36,127 nucleotides of DNA, from the IMG/VR virus record IMGVR_UViG_2627854066_000004, positions 1 through 36,127 of that record; one strand, given 5' to 3'. Within the stretch, counting starts at the first letter, position 1, and each line of letters begins with the position of its first letter. This DNA comes from a virus (lineage: Duplodnaviria; Heunggongvirae; Uroviricota; Caudoviricetes). Below the pieces are notes generated by a model. That model did not search any database and had not been told where the DNA came from. It saw only the letters and a program-made list of their open reading frames with translations. The translations under genes were made by a program, and so were the position numbers. Shown one piece after another: positions 1 through 9,081 of this stretch.

Positions 1-1023
1 TTATGTGGATGAAATGTGGATGCCTCCTTTTAACGGATTAAGTGAAATTGCATCCTGGAGGAAATCAGGAGCGAGGTGCGCATAGGTCATAGTTTGCTGG
101 ATCGTGGCGTGCCCCATAATTCGCTGGAGCGTAAGTATATTTCCTCCATTAATCATAAAGTGAGCAGCAAAGGTATGGCGTAGAACATGTACAGCCTGTC
201 CTTTTGGTAGGTCTGGCTTAACACTGCGAAGCACCTTGCGATATTCCTCATAATTGACGTCAAACAAAAGGCCGGATTTCTTTGTTTTGATCTCACTAAC
301 AACTTCATCAGAGACAGGAATAATTCGAACTTTTCCGTTTTTAGTTTTGTTAAACGTCACGCGATTATTGATGATGTGTTCCGCGCGCAGATTTTTCGCT
401 TCTCCCCATCTCGCACCAGTACTGAGACAAAGTAGCGTAATCCGCCGGGCATCACCGCTTACTGCATCCAGTAATTTGGCGATTTCTTCCGTGGTGAGAT
501 ACGTCATTTCGGGTGATTTTCGTTTCAAAGAGGGGAGGGCGCGGAGCGGATTTTCTCCGTGAAATTCCCCGGCATTTGCCAAGAGTGTAAACATTCCTCC
601 GAGATCCGACTCATCACGCCGAACAGTAGACTCTTTTACTCCCAAAGATAAACGGGAGCTTCGATAAGCAGCCATGAAACGAGCATTAATCTGGCTAACC
701 CTTGGATCATTCATTTCTTTGATGATTTTTTTCAACCTGGTTAGAACGCCGTTAGCATATGGCTTATTGCGTCCACCCAATTCCCACCATAACGGAAGCA
801 GATCTGAGAGATGACGTTGCTCTGTTGGCTTTTCAAGCCATTCCTTATCGTGCATGTGGCTGAGAACATAACGCTCAAAGGCCACTGCATCTGCCTTTTT
901 CTTAAAAATCCGCTGAATCCGACGTCCACTTCGGCCACGCGGTCTAACATCCACTTTATACCGTCCACCATCGAGTGCTTTAATTGCCATTGGCAAGCCC
1001 TCCGGTGAAACGAGGAAAGACAT
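1..1023 (-). CDS. int: phage integrase, tyrosine recombinase
   Basis: 340-aa ORF with C-terminal HVLRHTFAAHF and GHATIQQTMTYAHL motifs typical of tyrosine recombinases; sits next to the repressor as in P2. Stop codon at 1-3. Confidence 0.9.
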   Translation of the reverse strand: MSFLVSPEGLPMAIKALDGGRYKVDVRPRGRSGRRIQRIFKKKADAVAFERYVLSHMHDKEWLEKPTEQRHLSDLLPLWWELGGRNKPYANGVLTRLKKIIKEMNDPRVSQINARFMAAYRSSRLSLGVKESTVRRDESDLGGMFTLLANAGEFHGENPLRALPSLKRKSPEMTYLTTEEIAKLLDAVSGDARRITLLCLSTGARWGEAKNLRAEHIINNRVTFNKTKNGKVRIIPVSDEVVSEIKTKKSGLLFDVNYEEYRKVLRSVKPDLPKGQAVHVLRHTFAAHFMINGGNILTLQRIMGHATIQQTMTYAHLAPDFLQDAISLNPLKGGIHISST

Positions 1024-1056
1024 TTCCAGTTTGTAAAACGTAAGAATAATAAAGGG

Positions 1057-1359
1057 TTAACCAATTTTCCTTTCGGATGGGGGTAAATCCGTTGGCTCTT
1101 GCCCATAGTGTGCGAGAGCCGGAGCTATCTGCCCGGATTCAGGCGCAATTTTCCCAGTCATAAACCACAAGGCATATTTTTCGAACCGCGGGCAATTTAA
1201 GATTTTCATCATTACATCCCCTTTGGGTATGGATTCGCCAGTCTCATAACGCCATAGCGCGTTATGCGGAATACCTATTAACTCAGCAGCCTCATTGCGA
1301 CTTGTAATGCGCTCACTTTCACGCATTAGTTTTAGTTTTTCACCAATCTCCAAAATCAT
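1057..1359 (-). CDS. C: immunity repressor, P2 C-like
   Basis: About 100 aa from the internal Met (MILEIGEKLKLMRESE...), which has a GGAGA RBS; the segment VMMKIL...KYALWFMTGKIAPESGQIAPALAH resembles P2 repressor C as I recall it. An alternative upstream start at 1386 has no good RBS. Confidence 0.75.
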   Translation of the reverse strand: MILEIGEKLKLMRESERITSRNEAAELIGIPHNALWRYETGESIPKGDVMMKILNCPRFEKYALWFMTGKIAPESGQIAPALAHYGQEPTDLPPSERKIG

Positions 1360-1453
1360 ATTGCATTCTCCAAATATGTAGTGCATTATGCAAACAATGA
1401 GTTGAACTATGGGGTAAATATCTCACCTATACCCCAAACAGGGAGATTATCAC
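1360..1453. promoter_or_regulatory. immunity switch region between C and cox (expected Pe/Pc promoters and operators)
   Basis: 94-bp AT-rich gap between divergently oriented C and cox starts; contains TGCATT direct repeats and an imperfect palindrome TATGGGGTA...TACCCCA. Promoter elements were not mapped. Confidence 0.4.
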
Positions 1454-1780
1454 ATGAATGAAGAACTATTGAGGGCATTGTTTAAGATCCCAGACCCCAT
1501 CACCGTCGATGAATTTGCCCGCCGCACGGGCAAGACCGAATCAGCCGTAAGAAAGTTGGTGGAACGTCGGCTCATCCCTCTGGCCACTGAGCGTGAAGTT
1601 TTAGGCGAGGAAGGAAGTTCACGCCGCCTTCTCATCCTATGGAACGAGTGGCTCGAAATGGTCTATGACGCAACGAAACAGCTTCCTCCTGAGCGTAAAG
1701 ATTGGCGCAACCACTGGCTTAATAAAGCCAAGAAGCTGGCGGAAGATTTGGGATTAGGCTTCCTTAATTTTGCTGCATGA
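1454..1780 (+). CDS. cox: Cox-like excisionase / transcriptional regulator
   Basis: 108 aa, first gene of the rightward early operon opposite the repressor; HTH-like segment FARRTGKTESAVRKLVERRLIP resembles P2 Cox. Confidence 0.65.
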   Translation: MNEELLRALFKIPDPITVDEFARRTGKTESAVRKLVERRLIPLATEREVLGEEGSSRRLLILWNEWLEMVYDATKQLPPERKDWRNHWLNKAKKLAEDLGLGFLNFAA

Positions 1781-1798
1781 GATGCAGGGAGTTTTGAT

Positions 1799-2140
1799 AT
1801 GAAACAGCAACGTAATTCACGCTTTCGTAATGGTGCTGAACGCCACGCTAACCGTTTCGCTACCAGTGCATCACGCAGCAACATCCGCTACAGCCTGAGT
1901 GATACACACGCAACGCCGGATGGCTACCCAGTAAAACAAATCGGCGAGCATGCCTGGCTGATTGAGAAAGCTGGAATCGTGGTTCACAAATGCCCACGCA
2001 ATCCGTTTACCGGAAACCGCATTTTTGCATTGAGCTGCGGCGACAATCAGTTCGGGCAGGATTTCACATTATACGAAGCACTACGCACGGTTGATCGTCT
2101 GCTTCGCGGGCAAAGTTTTATTAAACAGGCTGATTTATAA
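1799..2140 (+). CDS. hypothetical early protein
   Basis: 113-aa ORF with an AGGGAG RBS 7 nt upstream; position corresponds to the P2 early region. Confidence 0.5.
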   Translation: MKQQRNSRFRNGAERHANRFATSASRSNIRYSLSDTHATPDGYPVKQIGEHAWLIEKAGIVVHKCPRNPFTGNRIFALSCGDNQFGQDFTLYEALRTVDRLLRGQSFIKQADL

Positions 2141-2150
2141 CAGGTGCTTT

Positions 2151-2429
2151 ATGACCAAAGAGCATGCACAAGGTGTATTTATCCGTTTTATTGATTTTCG
2201 CGGTGAACTGTTATTACGCGCATCGGCTATTGATGCTGTAGTCCCGGCAGCAAAAGATGTGGCTACTTACCTTTATCTGAACGGCACGCGATTGTTTGTG
2301 GAACTTCCGTACCAGACCGTGCGCGAAATTATTAGCGAAGCTGAAAAAGCACGTCAGGTTAATGGCGATGAACCCTATATCGAAATTATCTGCATGGATT
2401 CAGAAGCTGAAATTCAAAAGGCAGATTAA
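2151..2429 (+). CDS. hypothetical early protein
   Basis: 92 aa from the ATG at 2151; the longer six-frame ORF starting at 2091 overlaps the preceding gene. Confidence 0.5.
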   Translation: MTKEHAQGVFIRFIDFRGELLLRASAIDAVVPAAKDVATYLYLNGTRLFVELPYQTVREIISEAEKARQVNGDEPYIEIICMDSEAEIQKAD

Positions 2430-2440
2430 AGGGCGTTGCG

Positions 2441-2683
2441 ATGGATAAAGAATATAAAACTCTCGTCAATAAAGCACTTGAGCGCTTTCATTTTCGCATA
2501 AGCGCATCAGGCACTCATGCTGAACTCGCAGCCCGAGAGTCATTGACCAGGGCCATCAAGAGTATATACGACACAGCTTTTTACATTGACGACCCGGACG
2601 CGCTCGACGAGCTTTCCATACTCGTCTGCGCCGCAGAAAACGGGGACCATATTGAGCCATATAAACTGGGGAATATTGCATGA
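2441..2683 (+). CDS. hypothetical early protein
   Basis: 80-aa ORF in the same operon orientation. Confidence 0.5.
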   Translation: MDKEYKTLVNKALERFHFRISASGTHAELAARESLTRAIKSIYDTAFYIDDPDALDELSILVCAAENGDHIEPYKLGNIA

Positions 2684-2793
2684 GTATATTTATCTCATGG
2701 CTTGTTCTGATTATTTCGGTGGCCTGCGCCATTGGGATTATGCGAATTATTCATTCAGTAAAAAAGATTGAACGCTTTTTCACTGGCGAATAA
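2680..2793 (+). CDS. small hydrophobic peptide (37 aa, one predicted TM helix)
   Basis: ATG at 2680 overlaps the upstream stop (ATGA) and has a GGGGA RBS; product MSIFISWLVLIISVACAIGIMRIIHSVKKIERFFTGE. Below the 60-aa cut-off of the ORF track. Confidence 0.35.
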   Translation: MSIFISWLVLIISVACAIGIMRIIHSVKKIERFFTGE

Positions 2794-2879
2794 CAGAGCA
2801 AATAAAACCACTGGTTAAATAAGAAAATGTAAAAACAATCCGCATTCGCGGAGGTATTCGCACACGCCAAGGAGGCGTA

Positions 2880-3083
2880 ATGGCAATTAAGCGATTTACC
2901 GTCGTTCGTTTCACTTCCAGAGGACGTGAATACGAAGTTGACGAACGGCTGATTAAAACGCTCGACCGTCACCGTTCGCAACCTGACGCGCATCACATTT
3001 ATCTCACCGACGACACTTACTTCTGCGCCACCAACGTGGTGCAGGTGAACCTTATCCGACAGGTACAGGAGTCACGCAGATGA
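2880..3083 (+). CDS. hypothetical early protein
   Basis: 67 aa with a strong AGGAGG RBS. Confidence 0.55.
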   Translation: MAIKRFTVVRFTSRGREYEVDERLIKTLDRHRSQPDAHHIYLTDDTYFCATNVVQVNLIRQVQESRR

Positions 3084-3325
3084 CCATTCTGGACTACATC
3101 ACAGCCAATCCGGGCTGTAGCGGTGGAGAAATCGCCGCAGCACTGAATACCCCAACTACAGCCATTAATGCGGAGTTACGCCGACTCTGGCGCAGCGGTT
3201 CAGTCGTAAGAAAAGAGCGCAAAACAGGTGGTCGGTTCTCTTACCAGGTAAACCCGATGCCGTTCGGGTGTGGTAACCCACTAACCCACATGTTTAACCA
3301 GCTACTGAAGGAAGCCAGAGCATGA
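3080..3325 (+). CDS. hypothetical protein, possible winged-helix DNA-binding
   Basis: 81 aa, ATGA overlap with the upstream gene; helix-turn-helix-like segment GEIAAALNTPTTAINAELRRL. Confidence 0.5.
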   Translation: MTILDYITANPGCSGGEIAAALNTPTTAINAELRRLWRSGSVVRKERKTGGRFSYQVNPMPFGCGNPLTHMFNQLLKEARA

Positions 3326-3621
3326 GCACCATCAACCACCAGGAATTACGCGAACTGGCGACTGACCTGCAACGAATGGCAACACATCAAAAATTACTGG
3401 CGTTTCGCGCAATGCTCTCACCATCTGCTGTGCTGGCACTGCTGGATGAGCTGGAGCACGCCAGAACTACGGCGCCTGCCATTCGCCTGACGCTCCATCA
3501 TGAAATCACTGATTTCTGCGCAACACTGGGGGCACCTGGTGAACCGGAAACACCGGAAGCAATACAGCGCGAGCTATTACAACGCATCGACAACGTTTTC
3601 GATTTTTTCCTTAACCAGTAA
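3322..3621 (+). CDS. hypothetical early protein
   Basis: 99 aa, ATGA coupling to the upstream gene. Confidence 0.5.
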   Translation: MSTINHQELRELATDLQRMATHQKLLAFRAMLSPSAVLALLDELEHARTTAPAIRLTLHHEITDFCATLGAPGEPETPEAIQRELLQRIDNVFDFFLNQ

Positions 3622-3635
3622 GGGAGCAAATCACA

Positions 3636-4187
3636 ATGAAACTCAAACCCATGGGCATCCCCGGTCAGGCACCAAGACACGTTAAACAATGGACGAAACA
3701 GGAAGATGCGTTGCTGATAAGCATGTACCCGAAACACAGCATCAGGGAAATGACATCCAGACTTAATCGCTCATTTCATGCAACGGGGCAGCGCCTTATC
3801 ACCTTGCGCAAGCGAGGGCTGATTGGGCGGAAACGCCAGCGGCTGGATGAAAAGGCAATAGCAGAAATAATCAGCAACCGCCACCGAAAAAGTAAGAGGG
3901 ATATGGCGCGGGAAATGAAATGTAGCAAATGCACCATACAAAAAATACTCCGCGATCGTGGTTACAGCGCAATGAAGTGTGGAGGCATACATCATGCTGC
4001 TAAATACGACGATCATATTGTTCATCTGGTAACTGAATTGCGTGATGGGCACGGCATGCCATTCAGGGAAATAAGCAGACATATACACAAAATCACAGGG
4101 ATACAGGTGGCATACAGCACAGTATGGTGGCTTTACAACCGCCGAACCGCCGCCGACGCCGTGCTGTACGAGCTATTACCAAACTGA
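3636..4187 (+). CDS. hypothetical protein with basic HTH-like regions
   Basis: 183 aa, AGGGAG RBS; followed by a terminator at 4308-4328. Confidence 0.55.
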   Translation: MKLKPMGIPGQAPRHVKQWTKQEDALLISMYPKHSIREMTSRLNRSFHATGQRLITLRKRGLIGRKRQRLDEKAIAEIISNRHRKSKRDMAREMKCSKCTIQKILRDRGYSAMKCGGIHHAAKYDDHIVHLVTELRDGHGMPFREISRHIHKITGIQVAYSTVWWLYNRRTAADAVLYELLPN

Positions 4188-4307
4188 GTAATCATCATGC
4201 ACACACAAAAAAACCGCTTGCCATGCCGCAATCAGTCAGGTTACATTTCTGCTGCACCTCATAAAACGGGTGCCGGGATTCTCAACCTGCTGACAAACGA
4301 AGCGCAC

Positions 4308-4328
4308 AACCGCGCCAGCGGTTTTTTT
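4308..4328 (+). terminator. rho-independent terminator
   Basis: AACCGC-GCCA-GCGGTT stem-loop followed by TTTTTTT. Confidence 0.55.
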
Positions 4329-4340
4329 GTGCGTACTGTA

Positions 4341-4448
4341 TTGCCACGTCTTTTTCGCACACGAATTATGGTGGGGCGTACGGGGCCGACTTCGGTCGGG
4401 CCGGTTTCTTCGTTTGCCGGTGTTGAGAACCCCGTACGTCTCGCCACC
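4341..4448 (+). promoter_or_regulatory. promoter-like element plus structured leader or small RNA upstream of the 4511 ORF
   Basis: TTGCCA-N17-AATTAT at 4341-4369, then a long hairpin at 4371-4447: CGTACGGGG (4377-4385) pairs with CCCCGTACG (4430-4438) and encloses a UUCG-capped stem CCGAC-TTCG-GTCGG (4386-4399). Confidence 0.3.
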
Positions 4449-4510
4449 CCGAGATTCTCAACTCTGGTTGGTGAGTATCCAAAAACTCACAAACGAAGAG
4501 GCCAAACACC

Positions 4511-4741
4511 ATGGCAAACCGCAAACAGCACCGCGCTATCGCGGAGCGTCGTCACATCCAGACTGAAATCAACCGCAGACTTTCCCGCGCATTCCGCGTC
4601 GCTAAAATCATGCACATCAATATGCTGCATGAGCGTAGCTGCGAACTTTCAAACCTCTATTCATCCGCTGTTTTCAGCTATCTGGCGGATGATCTGCGCG
4701 AGCTTCAGCAGCTCATCCAGCAGCAAAACAAACTCCATTAA
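4511..4741 (+). CDS. hypothetical basic protein
   Basis: 76 aa, AAGAGG RBS 9 nt upstream. Confidence 0.45.
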   Translation: MANRKQHRAIAERRHIQTEINRRLSRAFRVAKIMHINMLHERSCELSNLYSSAVFSYLADDLRELQQLIQQQNKLH

Positions 4742-4813
4742 TTCCTGTTCCGGGCCTTTCCTGCACCTTGCGGCGGGAGGCCTTCGCACATCTGTAGTAA
4801 AGAGAATTGCAGC

Positions 4814-5203
4814 ATGATTGACGCTCATGACTTCACAGGATGGGTGCGCACACAGGACACCCGTCTGGCTCCCGTTCTTCAGGGATTATTTGATCTTTAC
4901 ATCCGTGGTCGTGACAACAGAGCACGCACCACAAAACCGGAGAACGCGGACACCCTTTATTTCACAGTAGACGACTGCTACCGCGTGGACTTCACACCAC
5001 ACGGGCTGGCGTTGCACTGCCTGACACCACACGGCGAATCACTGCTGGCGTATTACGACTCCCCGGCCTCCGCATTTGCGGCAATGCTGGCGCATCGCAC
5101 TGCTGGCGGGTGTGCCTCGCTGAGTGAATACACCGCTGAATTTAACCGCCTTTCCGCCATCTTTTCGCAGGAGTGGCAGCGCGTGACGGGATACCAGCCA
5201 TGA
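4814..5203 (+). CDS. hypothetical protein, coupled to A
   Basis: 129 aa; its stop overlaps the gene A start (ATGA at 5200-5203). Confidence 0.55.
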   Translation: MIDAHDFTGWVRTQDTRLAPVLQGLFDLYIRGRDNRARTTKPENADTLYFTVDDCYRVDFTPHGLALHCLTPHGESLLAYYDSPASAFAAMLAHRTAGGCASLSEYTAEFNRLSAIFSQEWQRVTGYQP

Positions 5204-8052
5204 GTGAGTTTGCATGGAGCTGGAATGAGCCACGGCCAGCCATTGATCCGGCCAGATTTACGGAGCACAGGCAGGAAACTGAAACCGACCTGCAACGCGC
5301 CATCCGTTACTACCTTGAGGCAGACAAAAAGGCTCTGGAAGAACAGGAAGCGAAGGAGGAAGCCTTTTTCGCACAATCCACCGTGGGTAAAAAACTCATG
5401 GCATCCCTTGAGGAAGCCGGACAGCGTGAAAAGCTGGCACAAAGCATCATCAGCAAGCGTCAGGCAACAGAACAAGACCCGGTGGCCCGTGCTTTTGCCA
5501 CACTGAAGGTGCTTCCCGTTTATCTGCGTGAACCTCTGAGCCGCCACCTCTCTTTCCTGCGCAAAAAACAGGAAGCCGATCGTCAGAAAGGCAAAAAGAG
5601 CTGGCAGGCGGAACGCTACGCGCGCGGAACCCTGCGCAAAATATTCGAACGTCTGGACCGCACCGACAGCCGCTGGCTGACACCGGGTTATCGCTCCATT
5701 GCCGGACGCGAACGCCTGGACGATTTGCTTTACCTGCCGCAGCTCAACAAACACCAGATACAGACGCTGGCCACCATGACGGCGGCGATGTTCAGCAGCA
5801 CCTTCGAAAAGCTCTGCGATGGCTTTGGTGCGACTGATGGCGAGCTGACCATGGATGTAACGCTGAAGGCGTATCAGATGCTGGCCCGCATGGCGTTACA
5901 CCTGCACGCCATGCCTCCGCATTATGACGCACTGACAACAGACAAAGACCGGAGGAACGAACCGGACACGGAGCTGCTGCCGGGCGCAATCCTTCGCCTG
6001 ACCTGTGCAGAATGGTGGAAACGCAAACTGTGGCTGTTACGTTGCGAGTGGAGAGAAGAACAACTCCGCGCCGCCTGTCTGGTTTCCAGAAAAACATCGC
6101 CCTATCTGAGCCAGGACGCGTTAAGCGAGTTTCGCGCACAGCGCGAGAAAACACGCGATTTCCTGAAAAGTTTCATGCTGGAAAATGAAGACGGGTTCAC
6201 GATTGATCTCGAGACGGTGTATTACGCGGGAGTAAGTAACCCGGTTCACCGTAAGGCAGAAATGATGGCCACCATGAAGGGGCTGGAACTTCTGGCCGAA
6301 GCCCGTGGCGACAAAGCGGTGTTTCTGACTGTCACCTGCCCGTCAAAATACCACGCCACAACAGAGAACGGTCATCCGAATCCCAAATGGAACGGGGCCA
6401 CCATGCGCGACTCCAGCGATTATCTGGTTAACACGTTTTTTGCGGCGGTCCGCAAAAAACTGAACCGCGACGGCCTGCGCTGGTATGGCATCCGCACGGT
6501 GGAGCCTCACCATGACGGCACCGTGCACTGGCATATGATGGTCTTTGCTCATCCGGAAGAAATCGACAGCATCGTGGCCATCACCCGCGATATTGCCATT
6601 CAGGAAGACCGCCACGAGCTGGGCAATGATATTACTCCGCGCTTTAAGGTGGAGTATGTCGACGGCTCCAAAGGCACGCCAACCAGCTACATCGCCACCT
6701 ACATCGGAAAAAATCTGGACAGCCGCGCCGTGGATGGAATCGACCCGAAAACGGGCAAACCACGCGTTGACCACGAAACCGGAAAATCAATGGCCGAGAG
6801 CGTGGAGCGCGCCATCGGCTGGGCGCGCCTTCACCGCGTCCGCCAGTTCCAGTTCTTTGGCATCCCCTCCCGTCAGGTGTGGCGTGAACTGCGCCGCCTC
6901 GCCAGCCAGATGGCACGCAACCCGGAAGGCCCGCAACGGCTGAAGGATGACGCAATGGATGCGGTTCTTGCTGCCGCTGATGCCGGGTGTTTTGCCTCCT
7001 ACATTGAAAAACAGGGTGGCGTACTTGTTCCACGCAAGGACTACCTGATTCGCACCGCCTACGACCTCGCAGATGAGCTGAACGATTACGGCGAGCAGGG
7101 CGTACAGATTTACGGGATCTGGTCACCACTCATCGGGGAATCCTCCCGTGTGTGCACGCATCCGGATAACTGGAAGCTGGTAAGACGCAAACCGGAAGCG
7201 GAAGACAGCGCCCGCGAAAATGGTTTTGACCTTCAGGGCGGCCCTGCCGCCCCTTGGACTCGTGGCAATAACTGTCCCCGTGTACAGGAAACGGACAACA
7301 ACGGGACAGAACAGCCGGAAGAACGGCCAGCACCGTGGCCGCAGATCCCTGACGGTGTTGAAGTGAACGAATGGCTGCACTCACTGAAACGGCACGAACG
7401 CCGGGCGCTGATGCGTTCGCTGCGTGACAAACAGGCAAAAAACAACAGTGATGAAATGCAGAGCTGGACACAGAGCCGCAAACAGCAGCGGCCTTTGCCT
7501 GATAACCACGAATTACTCGCTAAAGAATGGCGGGAGTCTGCTGAATCCCTTGGCCTGCATATCGGTGAACAACAGATGCAGCACCTGTTACGGGGCGGCA
7601 GTCTGTACGTTGACGGCAGCATCATTGCACCGCAGGGATTTGAAATTGTACGCAAACCGGATACCCGCCCGGACAGCCGAATCACGCAGCTCTGGCAGCG
7701 CCTGAGCCGTAATCACGATGTAAGCAGCACGGAGATCCGCCATAACCCGGTCGCCAGCTATCTGGCACAGCTGGGGGCATCAGACCCTGAAGCCGCCGCA
7801 CGCCTGGCATCCACACTTCAGCAGGACCAGAACACCATGAAAACACCCGTTACCGTGCTTTCTGACATGCTGCGCGCCATCCGCGACGCAGAGCACGCAC
7901 AGAGAATCAGTGAAACCACTGAACGCGCCCGCCGCAAAGCAGACCTGCTGCGGGGTGGCCTGACCAGTGGAAACAAAAAACAGACAGAAACGGGATTCAC
8001 AAATCCCATAAATGAGCAAAAAAACGCGCCGCGATATATGAAGCGCGCATAA
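5200..8052 (+). CDS. A: rolling-circle replication initiator, P2 gpA family
   Basis: Contains an HUH-type motif GTVHWHMMVF and paired tyrosines YIATYIGK as in the P2 A family. Start set at ATG 5200; the six-frame ORF begins at 5173. Confidence 0.85.
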   Translation: MSEFAWSWNEPRPAIDPARFTEHRQETETDLQRAIRYYLEADKKALEEQEAKEEAFFAQSTVGKKLMASLEEAGQREKLAQSIISKRQATEQDPVARAFATLKVLPVYLREPLSRHLSFLRKKQEADRQKGKKSWQAERYARGTLRKIFERLDRTDSRWLTPGYRSIAGRERLDDLLYLPQLNKHQIQTLATMTAAMFSSTFEKLCDGFGATDGELTMDVTLKAYQMLARMALHLHAMPPHYDALTTDKDRRNEPDTELLPGAILRLTCAEWWKRKLWLLRCEWREEQLRAACLVSRKTSPYLSQDALSEFRAQREKTRDFLKSFMLENEDGFTIDLETVYYAGVSNPVHRKAEMMATMKGLELLAEARGDKAVFLTVTCPSKYHATTENGHPNPKWNGATMRDSSDYLVNTFFAAVRKKLNRDGLRWYGIRTVEPHHDGTVHWHMMVFAHPEEIDSIVAITRDIAIQEDRHELGNDITPRFKVEYVDGSKGTPTSYIATYIGKNLDSRAVDGIDPKTGKPRVDHETGKSMAESVERAIGWARLHRVRQFQFFGIPSRQVWRELRRLASQMARNPEGPQRLKDDAMDAVLAAADAGCFASYIEKQGGVLVPRKDYLIRTAYDLADELNDYGEQGVQIYGIWSPLIGESSRVCTHPDNWKLVRRKPEAEDSARENGFDLQGGPAAPWTRGNNCPRVQETDNNGTEQPEERPAPWPQIPDGVEVNEWLHSLKRHERRALMRSLRDKQAKNNSDEMQSWTQSRKQQRPLPDNHELLAKEWRESAESLGLHIGEQQMQHLLRGGSLYVDGSIIAPQGFEIVRKPDTRPDSRITQLWQRLSRNHDVSSTEIRHNPVASYLAQLGASDPEAAARLASTLQQDQNTMKTPVTVLSDMLRAIRDAEHAQRISETTERARRKADLLRGGLTSGNKKQTETGFTNPINEQKNAPRYMKRA

Positions 8053-8089
8053 AACAGGCAAAAACGGGATTTCAGAATCCCGTAAACGA
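7977..8089. repeat. two 39-bp imperfect direct repeats, each with a GGGATT-N4-AATCCC palindrome
   Basis: Copies at 7977-8015 and 8051-8089 are 31/39 identical, straddle the gene A stop and lie just upstream of the StbA-like gene. Confidence 0.5.
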
Positions 8090-8117
8090 TTAATTAATCA
8101 ACATAAGGAAAAGCGAC

Positions 8118-9077
8118 ATGAAAATTTGTATCGACGACGGCTCCACCAACATCAAGCTGGCATGGACTGAGAACGGCGAACGCCGCAACGCCATCAGCCC
8201 GAACAGCTTCAAGTCGGAATGGTCTGCGCCGTTCGGTGGCTCGCAGCCTGCGAACTACATGCTTGATGGCGTGCGCTATGGTTTTGATCCGGTCAGCGAT
8301 CGCTTTGTCCAGACGACCGACACGCAATACCAGTACAGCGATGTGAATGTCATTGCCATTCATCACGCGCTGGTCAAATCAGGCATCACGCCACAGGAGG
8401 TGGATGTGGTTGTCACCCTGCCACTGAGCGAGTATTTCGACACAAACGCACAGCCGGACATGGCCAACATCAACCGCAAAAAAGCGAACGTTATGCGCCC
8501 GGTGGAGTACCAGAACGGCGAAGCATTCACTATCCGTAACGTGCGGGTTATGCCTGAATCCATTCCGGCTGGCTTTAAGGCACTGGCTGACATGAGTCCG
8601 TTTGAATCCCTGCTGATTGTAGATTTGGGCGGAACCACGCTGGATGTGGCAAAGGTTCAGGGGCAACTGGCAGGTATCAGCCAGGTGTTTTGCGATCCAC
8701 ACGTAGGCGTTTCTCTGATGGCCGATGCCGTACTGTCGGTGATGGCCACTAACGGTATGCGCACCAGTCACCACATCGCCAATACCATTATCGAACATCG
8801 CCATAATGAAGCCTGGCTGCGCCAGCACATCCACAATGACGCGCATTACGCCAGCCTGATGGAGGTTATTCGTGAAAAGGAAGAAACACTGAAACAACGC
8901 GTGATCCGCGCGCTGGCGGGTTTTTCGGGTTACGGGCGGGTGATGGTTGTCGGTGGAGGGGCGGAGATTGTGGCACCCGCTATCCGCGAAGCCTGCGGAG
9001 TTAATGCGACTTTCATCGCGGACGGGGTGCCACAGTTTGCTCTGGTTAATGGGCTGTACGCAATGGACAAGGAGTAA
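8118..9077 (+). CDS. actin-like segregation ATPase, StbA/ParM family
   Basis: 319 aa; N-terminus MKICIDDGSTNIKLAW and the LIVDLGGTTLDVA phosphate-binding motif match the StbA/ParM family of plasmid R100/R1. Confidence 0.8.
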   Translation: MKICIDDGSTNIKLAWTENGERRNAISPNSFKSEWSAPFGGSQPANYMLDGVRYGFDPVSDRFVQTTDTQYQYSDVNVIAIHHALVKSGITPQEVDVVVTLPLSEYFDTNAQPDMANINRKKANVMRPVEYQNGEAFTIRNVRVMPESIPAGFKALADMSPFESLLIVDLGGTTLDVAKVQGQLAGISQVFCDPHVGVSLMADAVLSVMATNGMRTSHHIANTIIEHRHNEAWLRQHIHNDAHYASLMEVIREKEETLKQRVIRALAGFSGYGRVMVVGGGAEIVAPAIREACGVNATFIADGVPQFALVNGLYAMDKE

Positions 9078-9081
9078 ACCA

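Noticed and set aside
2586-2771. 61-aa ORF overlapping the end of the 2441-2683 gene
   Set aside because: Starts deep inside the preceding gene with no RBS; the alternative frame (2680-2793) has start coupling and a membrane-peptide-like product.
4197-4817. 206-aa six-frame ORF spanning the non-coding island
   Set aside because: Low-complexity, Ser/Thr-rich translation, no RBS, and it runs through a terminator and structured hairpins; the separate 76-aa ORF at 4511-4741 has its own RBS and is the more plausible gene.
5053-5754. 233-aa minus-strand ORF antisense to the 5' part of gene A
   Set aside because: Lies entirely within the well-supported A coding region on the opposite strand; typical antisense artefact of GC-rich coding sequence.
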